Shown here piece by piece: positions 9,934 to 17,683 of a stretch of 64,000 nucleotides of DNA (position 1 is its first letter; each line of letters begins with the position of its first letter). This stretch comes from a virus: positions 4,724-68,723 of IMG/VR virus record IMGVR_UViG_3300012206_000007; one strand, given 5' to 3'. The notes beneath the pieces were generated by a model. The model did no database searches. It saw only the letters and a list, made by a program, of their open reading frames with translations, and was not told the origin of the DNA. The position numbers and the translations under genes are program-made.

Positions 9934-10236
9934 CTACTGCTTGTCGACCGTGCCCGGCGAGCGGCGCGTCAGGTCGGGCGGGTCGGGTGGCGTCTCCGAT
10001 GGCGCGAAGCGATTCGGCAGGCTCGGGAGCCCCGAGACGCTGTTCGACGACTCTGCGGTTGAGGGTGAGGGGACTTCGGGCAGGGCCTTCTTGTCCCAGA
10101 AGGTCTGGAGGGCGGCGGGGCCATCGCCACCGTCAGCGTTAGGGTCGCTGCCTCGACTGGTGATGGTCGTGCCGCCGAGGTCGAAGCTGCTGACGGGTTG
10201 CTTATCGTCAGGCCAAAAGGTCTTCAGGTCGCCCAT
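9934..10236 (-). CDS. Hypothetical Pro/Asp-rich protein
   Basis: AGGAG SD; internal repeat LKTFWPDD / LQTFWDKK. Confidence 0.55.
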   Translation of the reverse strand: MGDLKTFWPDDKQPVSSFDLGGTTITSRGSDPNADGGDGPAALQTFWDKKALPEVPSPSTAESSNSVSGLPSLPNRFAPSETPPDPPDLTRRSPGTVDKQ

Positions 10237-10296
10237 AGAAGTCTCTCCTCTCGCAGTTGCGCGGCACCACTCACATTCTGTAAGCTAGGCGCCCCC

Positions 10297-10830
10297 ATGC
10301 GACAGTGCACGATTGACGGGTGCGAACAACCGTTCGTCGCCCGTGGCTGCTGCAACAAGCACTACAAGCGACTGCGCCGACACGGTACCACAGCCCCTCG
10401 GAAAGGTGAATGGGGTTCGGGCCACGTCGATCGCGCCGGGTACCGCTACCACTGCAGGCAGCGGAGAAAACGAGCCGAGCATCGGGAGGTGATGGAGTGC
10501 GTACTTGGCCGTCCACTACAGCGTGCAGAGGTCGTACACCACCGCAACGGCGACCGATTAGATAATCGCCCAGAGAACCTCTGCATCGTCTCACCGACAG
10601 AGCACCGCCGCCTCCACACGCGATACTTCCGTGACGCGACACATAAGCAATGCTCACGCCGCCACTGCCTTCTTCCACGGACGATGTTCACACGAGTGAA
10701 GCTGCGAGCGACACGACCGAATGACGACCCGCATTTCTCCATGTGCCGCCCCTGCGCCAGTCAGTACACGATCGCATGGCGGCATCAGTACAAGTCCAAG
10801 ACAGTCGCGTCCGAGGCGCGGAGCGACTGA
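10297..10830 (+). CDS. HNH homing endonuclease (antisense to late operon)
   Basis: CTIDGC...CNKHY Zn motif; EHREVME...VHHRNGDRLDNRPENL HNH_3 core. Confidence 0.85.
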   Translation: MRQCTIDGCEQPFVARGCCNKHYKRLRRHGTTAPRKGEWGSGHVDRAGYRYHCRQRRKRAEHREVMECVLGRPLQRAEVVHHRNGDRLDNRPENLCIVSPTEHRRLHTRYFRDATHKQCSRRHCLLPRTMFTRVKLRATRPNDDPHFSMCRPCASQYTIAWRHQYKSKTVASEARSD

Positions 10831-11732
10831 TCACTGAAACTAATTTCGGCTAAGGGCCACCGCTCCCAGTGCACGGTCGCCAAGTCGTCCGGCGCTTGGT
10901 CATCGTCGCGCAGACTGAGCCGCTGCACGCCCTCCAAGAAGGCCGCCTGTTTCGCCTGCGCCGTGCCTTGGTCGAAGTAGGGGTTCTTGAGGTCACTGGT
11001 GCCGGGCCAGCGTGCGGCTTCGGCCAGCGCCCCATCCGTGAGGACTTCGGCGGCATCCGCGAGAACGCCACTGAAGACGCTGGTGTCGTCGAGCCGCGCC
11101 GCCTGCTTGTTGTAGAGCGCCGGGTAGGAGCGCGCGGCAGACGGCCGAGGCCAGTAGGTATATTGGACGCGTCCGAGCGTCGATGCCAGCGTCGACGGGG
11201 CATGTGCCACCAGTGCGCGCGGGCCGGAGTCGCCGACCTGCCGCGTCGGGTCGAGCACGTTCAACTGATCCTCGGTGATCCAGAACGGCAGGCGGCGCTG
11301 GTTGTAGGGGTCGGCGACGAGGCGGAAACTCTCGAAGTCGGCCGGGAGGGTGGCGAGCCCGTCGAAGACTTCGCCCACCGCTGTGGCGGAGGACGTCTCG
11401 CCGTAGGCGGTGTCGAGCACGATCGTGTTGACATCGGTGACCGAGGCGATGGTGTAGACGGGGAAGCTGCCGACGCGGAACTGCCGTCCGGCGTCGCCCG
11501 CGAGGAAGAGCCCAGCCGAGGTGACCGAGGTCGAGCCAGTCGTCACGACGCACGCCGTAATCGCGCGTGCCGCCGCAATCGTCAGGCGCGTCTCCCCCCG
11601 CAGGAAGGTCCAGTGCCGCAACCGCGCCAGCCGCTTGTAGGCGACGTTCACCCACTCGCGGACGAGGAAGGTCGGCGCGGCGGGGACGTAGAGCCGCACC
11701 GTCCTCCAGACATCTCCGAAATTCTGGCTCAC
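10785..11732 (-). CDS. Head-tail adaptor / ring protein with inserted beta domain
   Basis: VREWVNVAYKRL, TLPADF, YWPRPSAARSY adaptor motifs, plus insert VTTGSTSVT...YTIASVTDVNTIVLDTAY. Confidence 0.65.
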   Translation of the reverse strand: MSQNFGDVWRTVRLYVPAAPTFLVREWVNVAYKRLARLRHWTFLRGETRLTIAAARAITACVVTTGSTSVTSAGLFLAGDAGRQFRVGSFPVYTIASVTDVNTIVLDTAYGETSSATAVGEVFDGLATLPADFESFRLVADPYNQRRLPFWITEDQLNVLDPTRQVGDSGPRALVAHAPSTLASTLGRVQYTYWPRPSAARSYPALYNKQAARLDDTSVFSGVLADAAEVLTDGALAEAARWPGTSDLKNPYFDQGTAQAKQAAFLEGVQRLSLRDDDQAPDDLATVHWERWPLAEISFSDQSLRASDATVLDLY

Positions 11733-11760
11733 ACGCCTCCTGCAGTACAGAAGGTACGTA

Positions 11761-11795
11761 CGGTACCTTGTACGTACGAGACGTACAAGGTACCG
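11761..11795. repeat. Perfect 15-bp inverted repeat (possible terminator/attenuator after capsid genes)
   Basis: CGGTACCTTGTACGT-acgag-ACGTACAAGGTACCG. Confidence 0.8.
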
Positions 11796-11801
11796 ATCGG
11801 C

Positions 11802-12110
11802 TCAGGTCCCCACGACCTCGAACTGCACGCTGAAGGTCGAGAGGTTGGTGGCCGCCGCGACTTCGGCGTTGGTGTTCGGGACGAACCACTGCAAGGCTTG
11901 CGTGGTGGGGTTCCACCACACCAGCCGTGTCGTGGTCCCGTCCGAGGCGATGCCTTCGATGCCCTTCACGATCTGCCCAAGGCCAAAGGTCGCCGGGGTG
12001 CAGGGCTCGCCGCCCGTGACGTAGCTCGCTGGACCGGTCCAGCGTTCCACGCGGCGGGTGAAGCTGCCGCTGTGGTCGAAGTAGTTCCCGATGCTGCGAG
12101 TGAGCGGCAT
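11802..12110 (-). CDS. Putative capsid decoration/cement protein
   Basis: WTGPASYVTGGE...EVAAATNLS...FEVVG pattern; just downstream of the capsid gene. Confidence 0.6.
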   Translation of the reverse strand: MPLTRSIGNYFDHSGSFTRRVERWTGPASYVTGGEPCTPATFGLGQIVKGIEGIASDGTTTRLVWWNPTTQALQWFVPNTNAEVAAATNLSTFSVQFEVVGT

Positions 12111-12140
12111 CAGCGCCTCCCTTCTGTACGACGTGCGACA

Positions 12141-12167
12141 GAAGCGACGGAAGCGACGGAAGCGACA
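12141..12167. repeat. 9-bp tandem repeat (GAAGCGACG x3, last copy imperfect)
   Basis: gaagcgacg gaagcgacg gaagcgaca, intergenic. Confidence 0.75.
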
Positions 12168-12216
12168 GCAGCCCACGAAGGTGGTTGCAGGATGAGCAAC
12201 ATACGCAACCTCCTTT

Positions 12217-12771
12217 CTAGGTGGTCTCTGGCACGGCCAGATCCACCACCGCCGTCGCGCTCGGTGGGTCGGTCGAGAGCGCCGGCCCCGCGACCCAGCC
12301 CATCACGGTATGCGTCGGCGCCGTGCCCACCGCGACACGCGTGGCTTTGGCGTTGGTCGACGACGGAATGATCGCGTCGCCAATCGCCACGGCGGCCATG
12401 TCAGCGTCGAGCAGTTTGGTTGTCGCCGGTCCACCGATTTGCACACAGCCGAAGTTGCCCGGTGTGACCGCATTCTGGAACACCCCCGCGACGCGGTTGC
12501 GGTTGGTGGCGTTGGTCGTGACGAGGTACTGCGCCTTGTCCGACCACCACGCCGTCGCGCCGGGGTAGGGCGCGACCGTCATCGTGGAGTCGGTCTTGAC
12601 GAGTTGGTAGCGTTTGCTGCGGCCGGATTCGACGCCCGCTGCGGAACGCGAGGGCTGGATGACCGTGAACCGGACACCAAGCTGGCCCGGATAGGCGAGC
12701 GAGGGGACGTTCTCGGTCTCGGGGTCGCCCGACTGGAGGTAGAAGGCGGGCTGTTCAAAGCGATTCGGCAT
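12217..12771 (-). CDS. Putative capsid cement/decoration protein
   Basis: KRYQLVK...VAGVFQNAVTPGNFGCVQIGG; immediately after the MCP. Confidence 0.6.
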   Translation of the reverse strand: MPNRFEQPAFYLQSGDPETENVPSLAYPGQLGVRFTVIQPSRSAAGVESGRSKRYQLVKTDSTMTVAPYPGATAWWSDKAQYLVTTNATNRNRVAGVFQNAVTPGNFGCVQIGGPATTKLLDADMAAVAIGDAIIPSSTNAKATRVAVGTAPTHTVMGWVAGPALSTDPPSATAVVDLAVPETT

Positions 12772-12784
12772 GATCAGCTCCCTT

Positions 12785-13972
12785 CTAGGCGGTGAAGTTG
12801 TGGAGGATGCGCGAGAGGCGCAGCGCCTTCAGCGTGAGGTTGCCACCAAAGAGGAGTTGGCCGGAGACCTGGTTGTCCTCCCGTGCGCCCTTGAAGCCGG
12901 TGAACCCGAACGCGAACTTGCTCGACTGCGAGATATAGAGCCGGATGTAGGCATCATCGCCTTGCGGGCCGAAGTTGAGCCACGCGAAGGTTTCGCCACT
13001 CGCGTTGTAGTTGCCCAGGTCGGCATCGTTCGTCCCGTCCTGCCCTGGCGCATACTGCGACATCATGATGGTCGCTTTGTCGAACTTCAGGCCCGGCCAG
13101 TTGATCTCCGGCTGGGTCGTGTCGACAATCTGGTGCGGCAGGAAGTTCTCGGCGATGAACCCCATCAGGCGGTTGGTGGTGAGGCCGACGGTGGGCGACT
13201 CGTTGCCGATGATGGTCGAAAAGTAGCTGTGGCGCAGCACGCGGTAGCTCATCGTCGCGTTGCTCGCGGCGATGAGGCCCGTGGGCGGCGTTAAGGCGGG
13301 AGAGACATCGGAGCGCAGCTGCCCTCCGTAGGAGGTGAAGATGTTCCCCGCGTAGGACGCGTTCACGCCATCGTTGAAGCCTTCCTCGATGCCGTTGATT
13401 TCGGCTGAGCGGTCGTCCCCGGCGAGCGCTTGGCCGTGGTGGTAGGCGGCGATTTCGAGAATCGCCGACATGGTCAAAGCCGCCTGCTGCATGTCGGTGC
13501 GGATGACGCTGAAGGCGGCACGCGGCCCCGCCATCTCGACTTCCAAGTCCTCGAGGAACTCGGTCACGTTGACTTCGTAATAGCGCGGCGTGAAGAGCAG
13601 GCCAGAACGGGTCTGCCGCCGCGCCACGTCGAAGGTTGCGCCCTTCTTGTAGGCGCTCCCCTTCATCGGCTTGAAGAGGTAGTTCTCCTGAATTTGCGGA
13701 CCGATCCACTTACGGGTGAAGCGCGCCTTCATCATGGCGATGAGCGGACCGCCCTTGAAGTAGCCGTCCACGACGCCCGGCATGATTTCCTTCGTCGTGA
13801 CGGTGTTCACATCGTCGAGCTGAATCGCCAGCGCGATGGGCAGGAAGGGCAGGCTCTCGGGGCGCACGTAGAGCGCCACGAGCGCAACGACGACAGCGAG
13901 CAGGCGTGGGTGCGCGCCGAGCCAGAGACAGACTCTGCGCGTCGTGGCGGTGAGCCACCGAATGGACTGCAT
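12785..13972 (-). CDS. Major capsid protein (with ~49-aa hydrophobic N-terminal leader)
   Basis: 395 aa; VVDGYFKGGPL, YYEVNVT...EDLE, INGIEE, GLKFDKATIM, QLLFGGNL motifs of an HK97-fold MCP; follows the scaffold gene; AAGGAG SD. Confidence 0.85.
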   Translation of the reverse strand: MQSIRWLTATTRRVCLWLGAHPRLLAVVVALVALYVRPESLPFLPIALAIQLDDVNTVTTKEIMPGVVDGYFKGGPLIAMMKARFTRKWIGPQIQENYLFKPMKGSAYKKGATFDVARRQTRSGLLFTPRYYEVNVTEFLEDLEVEMAGPRAAFSVIRTDMQQAALTMSAILEIAAYHHGQALAGDDRSAEINGIEEGFNDGVNASYAGNIFTSYGGQLRSDVSPALTPPTGLIAASNATMSYRVLRHSYFSTIIGNESPTVGLTTNRLMGFIAENFLPHQIVDTTQPEINWPGLKFDKATIMMSQYAPGQDGTNDADLGNYNASGETFAWLNFGPQGDDAYIRLYISQSSKFAFGFTGFKGAREDNQVSGQLLFGGNLTLKALRLSRILHNFTA

Positions 13973-14018
13973 GAGTGAACTCCTTCGGCGGCGCCCGGCG
14001 GGGGCGATCGCCTAACTG

Positions 14019-14867
14019 CTAGAGGCCCCGCCCCGCTTGCAGTTGCTCGTAGGCCGCGACGGCGGCGTCAAGCGTGTGCGCGGCGGAGCCCTCTTTGGTG
14101 TCGAGGACATCGAGGACCGACGGGCCCGGCCCGCCGCGGAGCGGGAACGGCTGGTCGATGAGCTTCTTGCGCTCCTCGACCAGGCGCTTCTGGACCTCGT
14201 CCTCGATCTGCTTGTCGTGCACTTCCTTCTGTTTGGCGACGAGTTGCTCGCCGTACTTTTCCTGGTAGGCGTCTTGGAGGCTGAAGACCCGGCCCGGCTG
14301 GCCGAGAATGGGTTTGCCGAGTTTCGGGTTCGCCACCAGCTCCCGCATGTTGAGCGGGGAGCCGAAGGTCTGGTGGTGCGTGAAGCCAGTATCCTGCATG
14401 AAGGCGACGACATCGACATAGCCGCGCTCGCGTTCGGCGAGGCTCGTGTCGAGGAGGCTGGCGATGGTCTCTTCGATCGTCTTGCGATCGAGGGGCGCGG
14501 AGCGGTGGTCGCCGCCACCGTCGCCGTTCCCATCGCCGGTGCCGCCGCCCGCCTTGAGGCGGTCCAGCTCACTCTTCAACGTCGGATACTCCTTGAGCGC
14601 CGCTTCGTTGGTGCGATACCAGGTCTGGTTGCGGTCGTAGAGGTCGGTCGCGGCGACCAGCTTGTCCTTGAGGTCCTTGTCCTGCGCGGAGAGCTGATCC
14701 ATCCGTTTCGAGTAGTCCGAGCGAGCCAGCACGCCATCGCCCAGGAGGGTCACGGCGTCCTTCGCGTCTGGGGTCTCGAATGCGGCCTTCACCTGTGCGC
14801 GCAAGGCTTCGGGCACCTTCGCGAGCACGCCAGCGAGGAACGAACTGCCTTCTTCAAATGCGCCCAT
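14019..14867 (-). CDS. Scaffolding protein
   Basis: Charged coiled-coil protein (RSDYSKRMD, SLQDAY) between portal and MCP. Confidence 0.65.
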   Translation of the reverse strand: MGAFEEGSSFLAGVLAKVPEALRAQVKAAFETPDAKDAVTLLGDGVLARSDYSKRMDQLSAQDKDLKDKLVAATDLYDRNQTWYRTNEAALKEYPTLKSELDRLKAGGGTGDGNGDGGGDHRSAPLDRKTIEETIASLLDTSLAERERGYVDVVAFMQDTGFTHHQTFGSPLNMRELVANPKLGKPILGQPGRVFSLQDAYQEKYGEQLVAKQKEVHDKQIEDEVQKRLVEERKKLIDQPFPLRGGPGPSVLDVLDTKEGSAAHTLDAAVAAYEQLQAGRGL

Positions 14868-14912
14868 CGGCGCCTCCTCTCATGCGGCCAGTGCACGGCG
14901 CACCTCGCATGA

Positions 14913-15317
14913 TCAAGGAACGGATCCTGGTCCAGAGATGCCACGGTCGACGCCACCACCAGGAAAGGCGGGACCAGGAGCGGTGGGCGACACAGGGCCG
15001 GCGCCAGCGGCCATGAGGTCGGCGAGATATTGCTGCAGCAGCTCCTTGATGAGGGCGAGCTGCGTCGCTTTGTCCGGGGTCACTTGGGCGAAGCTGTCGA
15101 GCATCTGGCTGATGGTCTGCGCTGATTGCGTGAGGCCGGTGAGGACTTCGGGCGGCATCTGGCCAGAGGGCACGGGTGCTGGGCCACCGAGGCCCTTCAT
15201 CGAGAAGGGCGAGTTCGGCGCTGGGCCGCCCATCGGGGTCGGGGAGGGCGGCGGGCCATCGAGCGGGGAGGCGGTGGCGCCGCCTGCGAGCGCCGTCGCG
15301 CCATAGGGGCCTGCCAT
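14913..15317 (-). CDS. Pro/Gly-rich hypothetical protein
   Basis: Coupled ORF in the head module. Confidence 0.55.
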   Translation of the reverse strand: MAGPYGATALAGGATASPLDGPPPSPTPMGGPAPNSPFSMKGLGGPAPVPSGQMPPEVLTGLTQSAQTISQMLDSFAQVTPDKATQLALIKELLQQYLADLMAAGAGPVSPTAPGPAFPGGGVDRGISGPGSVP

Positions 15318-15497
15318 CTAGCGCTTCCCTGACATGGTGCGGTGGCCTTTGAGCGACTTTCCGGAGGCAGCGGCTTTCTGGAACGCCGCCTTTCCGTACT
15401 TGGCGCGTCCCACGGAGGCCGCGACAGCCCCAGGGTCGCGCACGTTGCCCTTGGCGGCGATCTGGCCCTTCAGCTTGGAGAAGCCGACGTAGGCCAT
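15318..15497 (-). CDS. Small basic protein
   Basis: Read manually: MAYVGFSKLKGQIAAKGNVRDPGAVAASVGRAKYGKAAFQK...; abuts or overlaps both neighbours. Confidence 0.65.
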   Translation of the reverse strand: MAYVGFSKLKGQIAAKGNVRDPGAVAASVGRAKYGKAAFQKAAASGKSLKGHRTMSGKR

Positions 15498-15673
15498 CAG
15501 CGCCTGCCTTTACTCATCGATCGGGCCGGGAGGCCCGTCCGCCTGGTCGCGGCGAAGTCGTGCAACTGGCTATGCGAGAGCTTGAGGAGGCCGCGATTCT
15601 TGGCGTGGAGCTTCTCGGGGGCGTGCTCTGCAACAGCGAACAGCCGCTGCTGCGCTTGGCTCTGCGCTGGCAT
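15497..15673 (-). CDS. DUF3008-like small basic protein
   Basis: Read manually: MPAQSQAQQRLF...QLHDFAATRRTGLP, matching the DUF3008 pattern as I recall it. Confidence 0.65.
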   Translation of the reverse strand: MPAQSQAQQRLFAVAEHAPEKLHAKNRGLLKLSHSQLHDFAATRRTGLPARSMSKGRR

Positions 15674-15888
15674 CAGGAACTCCGCCGCCGCCCGCTCAGG
15701 CTCTTGCCGACTGAAGCGAGCGATTTCTTCGCGAGGGCGTGGTGCTTGAGGACGGAGGCCATGCGGGCGGGGTCCTGCCGGATGTCCGCCGCTCGACTCA
15801 GCGTCTGGTGATCCTCAGATGCGCGCCAATCCGTCTTGGCGTCCGCGTCGGCGGTGGGGGAGGAGCCCAAGCCCTGACACATGGGCAT
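15673..15888 (-). CDS. Hypothetical protein
   Basis: 71 aa, preceded by a TTGACA-N17-GATAGT promoter. Confidence 0.55.
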   Translation of the reverse strand: MPMCQGLGSSPTADADAKTDWRASEDHQTLSRAADIRQDPARMASVLKHHALAKKSLASVGKSLSGRRRSS

Positions 15889-16026
15889 CGACTATCGGGC
15901 GTACCACTCGGAATGTCAAGGGGTAGTGTGTTGCTACACAGGCAGTAGCAGGGGTAGAGTAGGCGGGAACTTGGACGCGAGCTAACGCGGCCAAGTCCCC
16001 TTGAACATCGGAATTGGAGGTTCCTG

Positions 16027-16593
16027 ATGTCCCACAGTCGATTCTGCCGCAGGTGCGGCGAACCTACCAAGGACTACCGGAATCAGTACTGCTCTCGTGC
16101 CTGCTTCGACTGTGCAAAGCGCGATGCGGCTGTCGTCGGCATCCCCCGACGCTTCTGGACCTGCGTGCAGAAGACGGAGACGTGCTGGCTGTGGACCGGA
16201 GGGCGAGATCAAAAGGGCTATGGAACATTTGCCCTGCCGAATAGGCGCGCTCATTTTGTGCGCGTGCATCGGTACGCCTACGAACTGGAAGTCGGTCCCA
16301 TTCCAGCAGGACTGAGCGTGCTGCATCACTGCGATGTCAGGAATTGCCTCAATCCGGCCCACCTGTTCCTCGGCACACAAGGCGACAACGTGCGGGATGC
16401 GGCGATGAAGGGACGCTACCCTCGGGGAGAACAGCATCCTTGGGCGCGGCTCACCGTCGATGACGTGCGCTACATCAGAGCGGCCTATGCCGATACGGAC
16501 TGTCGGCTGAAGGACCTTGCCGAACGCTTCGGGATCACGGAGAGCGCCGCCGCACGAATCGTGAAACGGCGCCGCTGGAGCCATGTCCCCTGA
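16027..16593 (+). CDS. HNH homing endonuclease with C-terminal HTH
   Basis: RFW..VQKTETCWLWTG...GYG...VHRYAY...VLHHCDVRNCLNPAHLFLGT..DN; C-terminal LAERFGIT. Confidence 0.9.
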   Translation: MSHSRFCRRCGEPTKDYRNQYCSRACFDCAKRDAAVVGIPRRFWTCVQKTETCWLWTGGRDQKGYGTFALPNRRAHFVRVHRYAYELEVGPIPAGLSVLHHCDVRNCLNPAHLFLGTQGDNVRDAAMKGRYPRGEQHPWARLTVDDVRYIRAAYADTDCRLKDLAERFGITESAAARIVKRRRWSHVP

Positions 16594-16845
16594 TCACTTG
16601 CGGCTTTGTGACACCGTGCTTCGCCCGCCCGGCTGATCGTGCTTGAGTTCTTGGTGGGTGGGGAGCGGAGGCGGCGGCAGGTCGAGCGCAAACAACTCCG
16701 GCACCTCCTCGGGGATGACCAACCCGAAGTAGCCCCGGTTATCAGGCCAGACCATGTAGAAGGCGACGCGGTCGGGATGGCAGGGGACACACCACTGAAT
16801 CAGGCGGCGGCGCAGGGCGCGGTGGAGGCGGACGCGCAGGGTCAT
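16594..16845 (-). CDS. Small protein ending in a copy of the portal C-terminus
   Basis: 83 aa; own TTGACC-N18-TAGTCT promoter; ends HQELKHDQPGGRSTVSQSRK. Confidence 0.45.
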   Translation of the reverse strand: MTLRVRLHRALRRRLIQWCVPCHPDRVAFYMVWPDNRGYFGLVIPEEVPELFALDLPPPPLPTHQELKHDQPGGRSTVSQSRK

Positions 16846-16990
16846 CGGTCGGAGTAGACTAGCGAGGTCCGGCGTCTGCGGTCAACAGGCGCCGGTCCCC
16901 TTGAACACCGTGGAATCGGAGGTTCCCGATGCCCTACCACCATCCTACACGAGCGCCCCATCTCACGTCAGCTACCCACAGGAGGACGCG

Positions 16991-17683
16991 ATGCGCCTCC
17001 TAGACTTGACCGGCCAACGCTTCGGTCGCCTCGTCGTCATCAGCCAGTGGGGCCATGACAAGTTCGACCGCGTCACATGGCTGTGTCGCTGCGACTGTGG
17101 ACGTGCGACGAGCCCGACGAGCAACAAACTGATGCGAGGCGAAACGCGAAGTTGCGGATGCCTACGTGAGGAATACCTGCATGATCGCACCTATCTGGAA
17201 GGCAGCCGGAACACGCGTGTCTACGAAATCTGGGCTGGCGCAAAAGATCGTTGCTTTCGTTCCGGTAGCCCTGCCTACAAGAACTACGGCGGTAGAGGCA
17301 TCACGATGTGCGACGCGTGGCGCGACGACTTCGCGCAATTCCAGAAGGATATGGGACCACGCCCACCGGGTGCCACACTCGATCGGATCGATAACAATGG
17401 CAACTACTGCCCCGAGAACTGCCGGTGGACGAGCCGACTAGCGCAAATGCGGAACCAGCGTAAGACACGACGGTACGACTTCGCGGGAGAATCGCGCACG
17501 TTGCAAGACTGGTCGGATATTACGGGCTTGGCGTTGTCGGCGCTCTATTACAGAATCAACGAAGGACACTGGTCAGTCGAGCGTGCGCTGACTACACCGA
17601 GCGTGACAGGAGGAAACAAGCCGAAACGGATCAGTGTCGAGACTCCGAGATCGTCGAACGTCCCCCCGGCTGATCATGCTTGA
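16991..17683 (+). CDS. HNH-type homing endonuclease
   Basis: LDLTGQRFGRLVV, WLCRCDCG, SCGC, YKNYGGRGITMC, TLDRIDNNGNYCPENCRW; GGAGG SD. Confidence 0.9.
   Translation: MRLLDLTGQRFGRLVVISQWGHDKFDRVTWLCRCDCGRATSPTSNKLMRGETRSCGCLREEYLHDRTYLEGSRNTRVYEIWAGAKDRCFRSGSPAYKNYGGRGITMCDAWRDDFAQFQKDMGPRPPGATLDRIDNNGNYCPENCRWTSRLAQMRNQRKTRRYDFAGESRTLQDWSDITGLALSALYYRINEGHWSVERALTTPSVTGGNKPKRISVETPRSSNVPPADHA

Noticed and set aside
16901-17683. Group I intron or intein in portal, TerL or polymerase
   Set aside because: The HNH genes are free-standing and antisense, the host ORFs are uninterrupted, and no intein C...HN motifs were seen.
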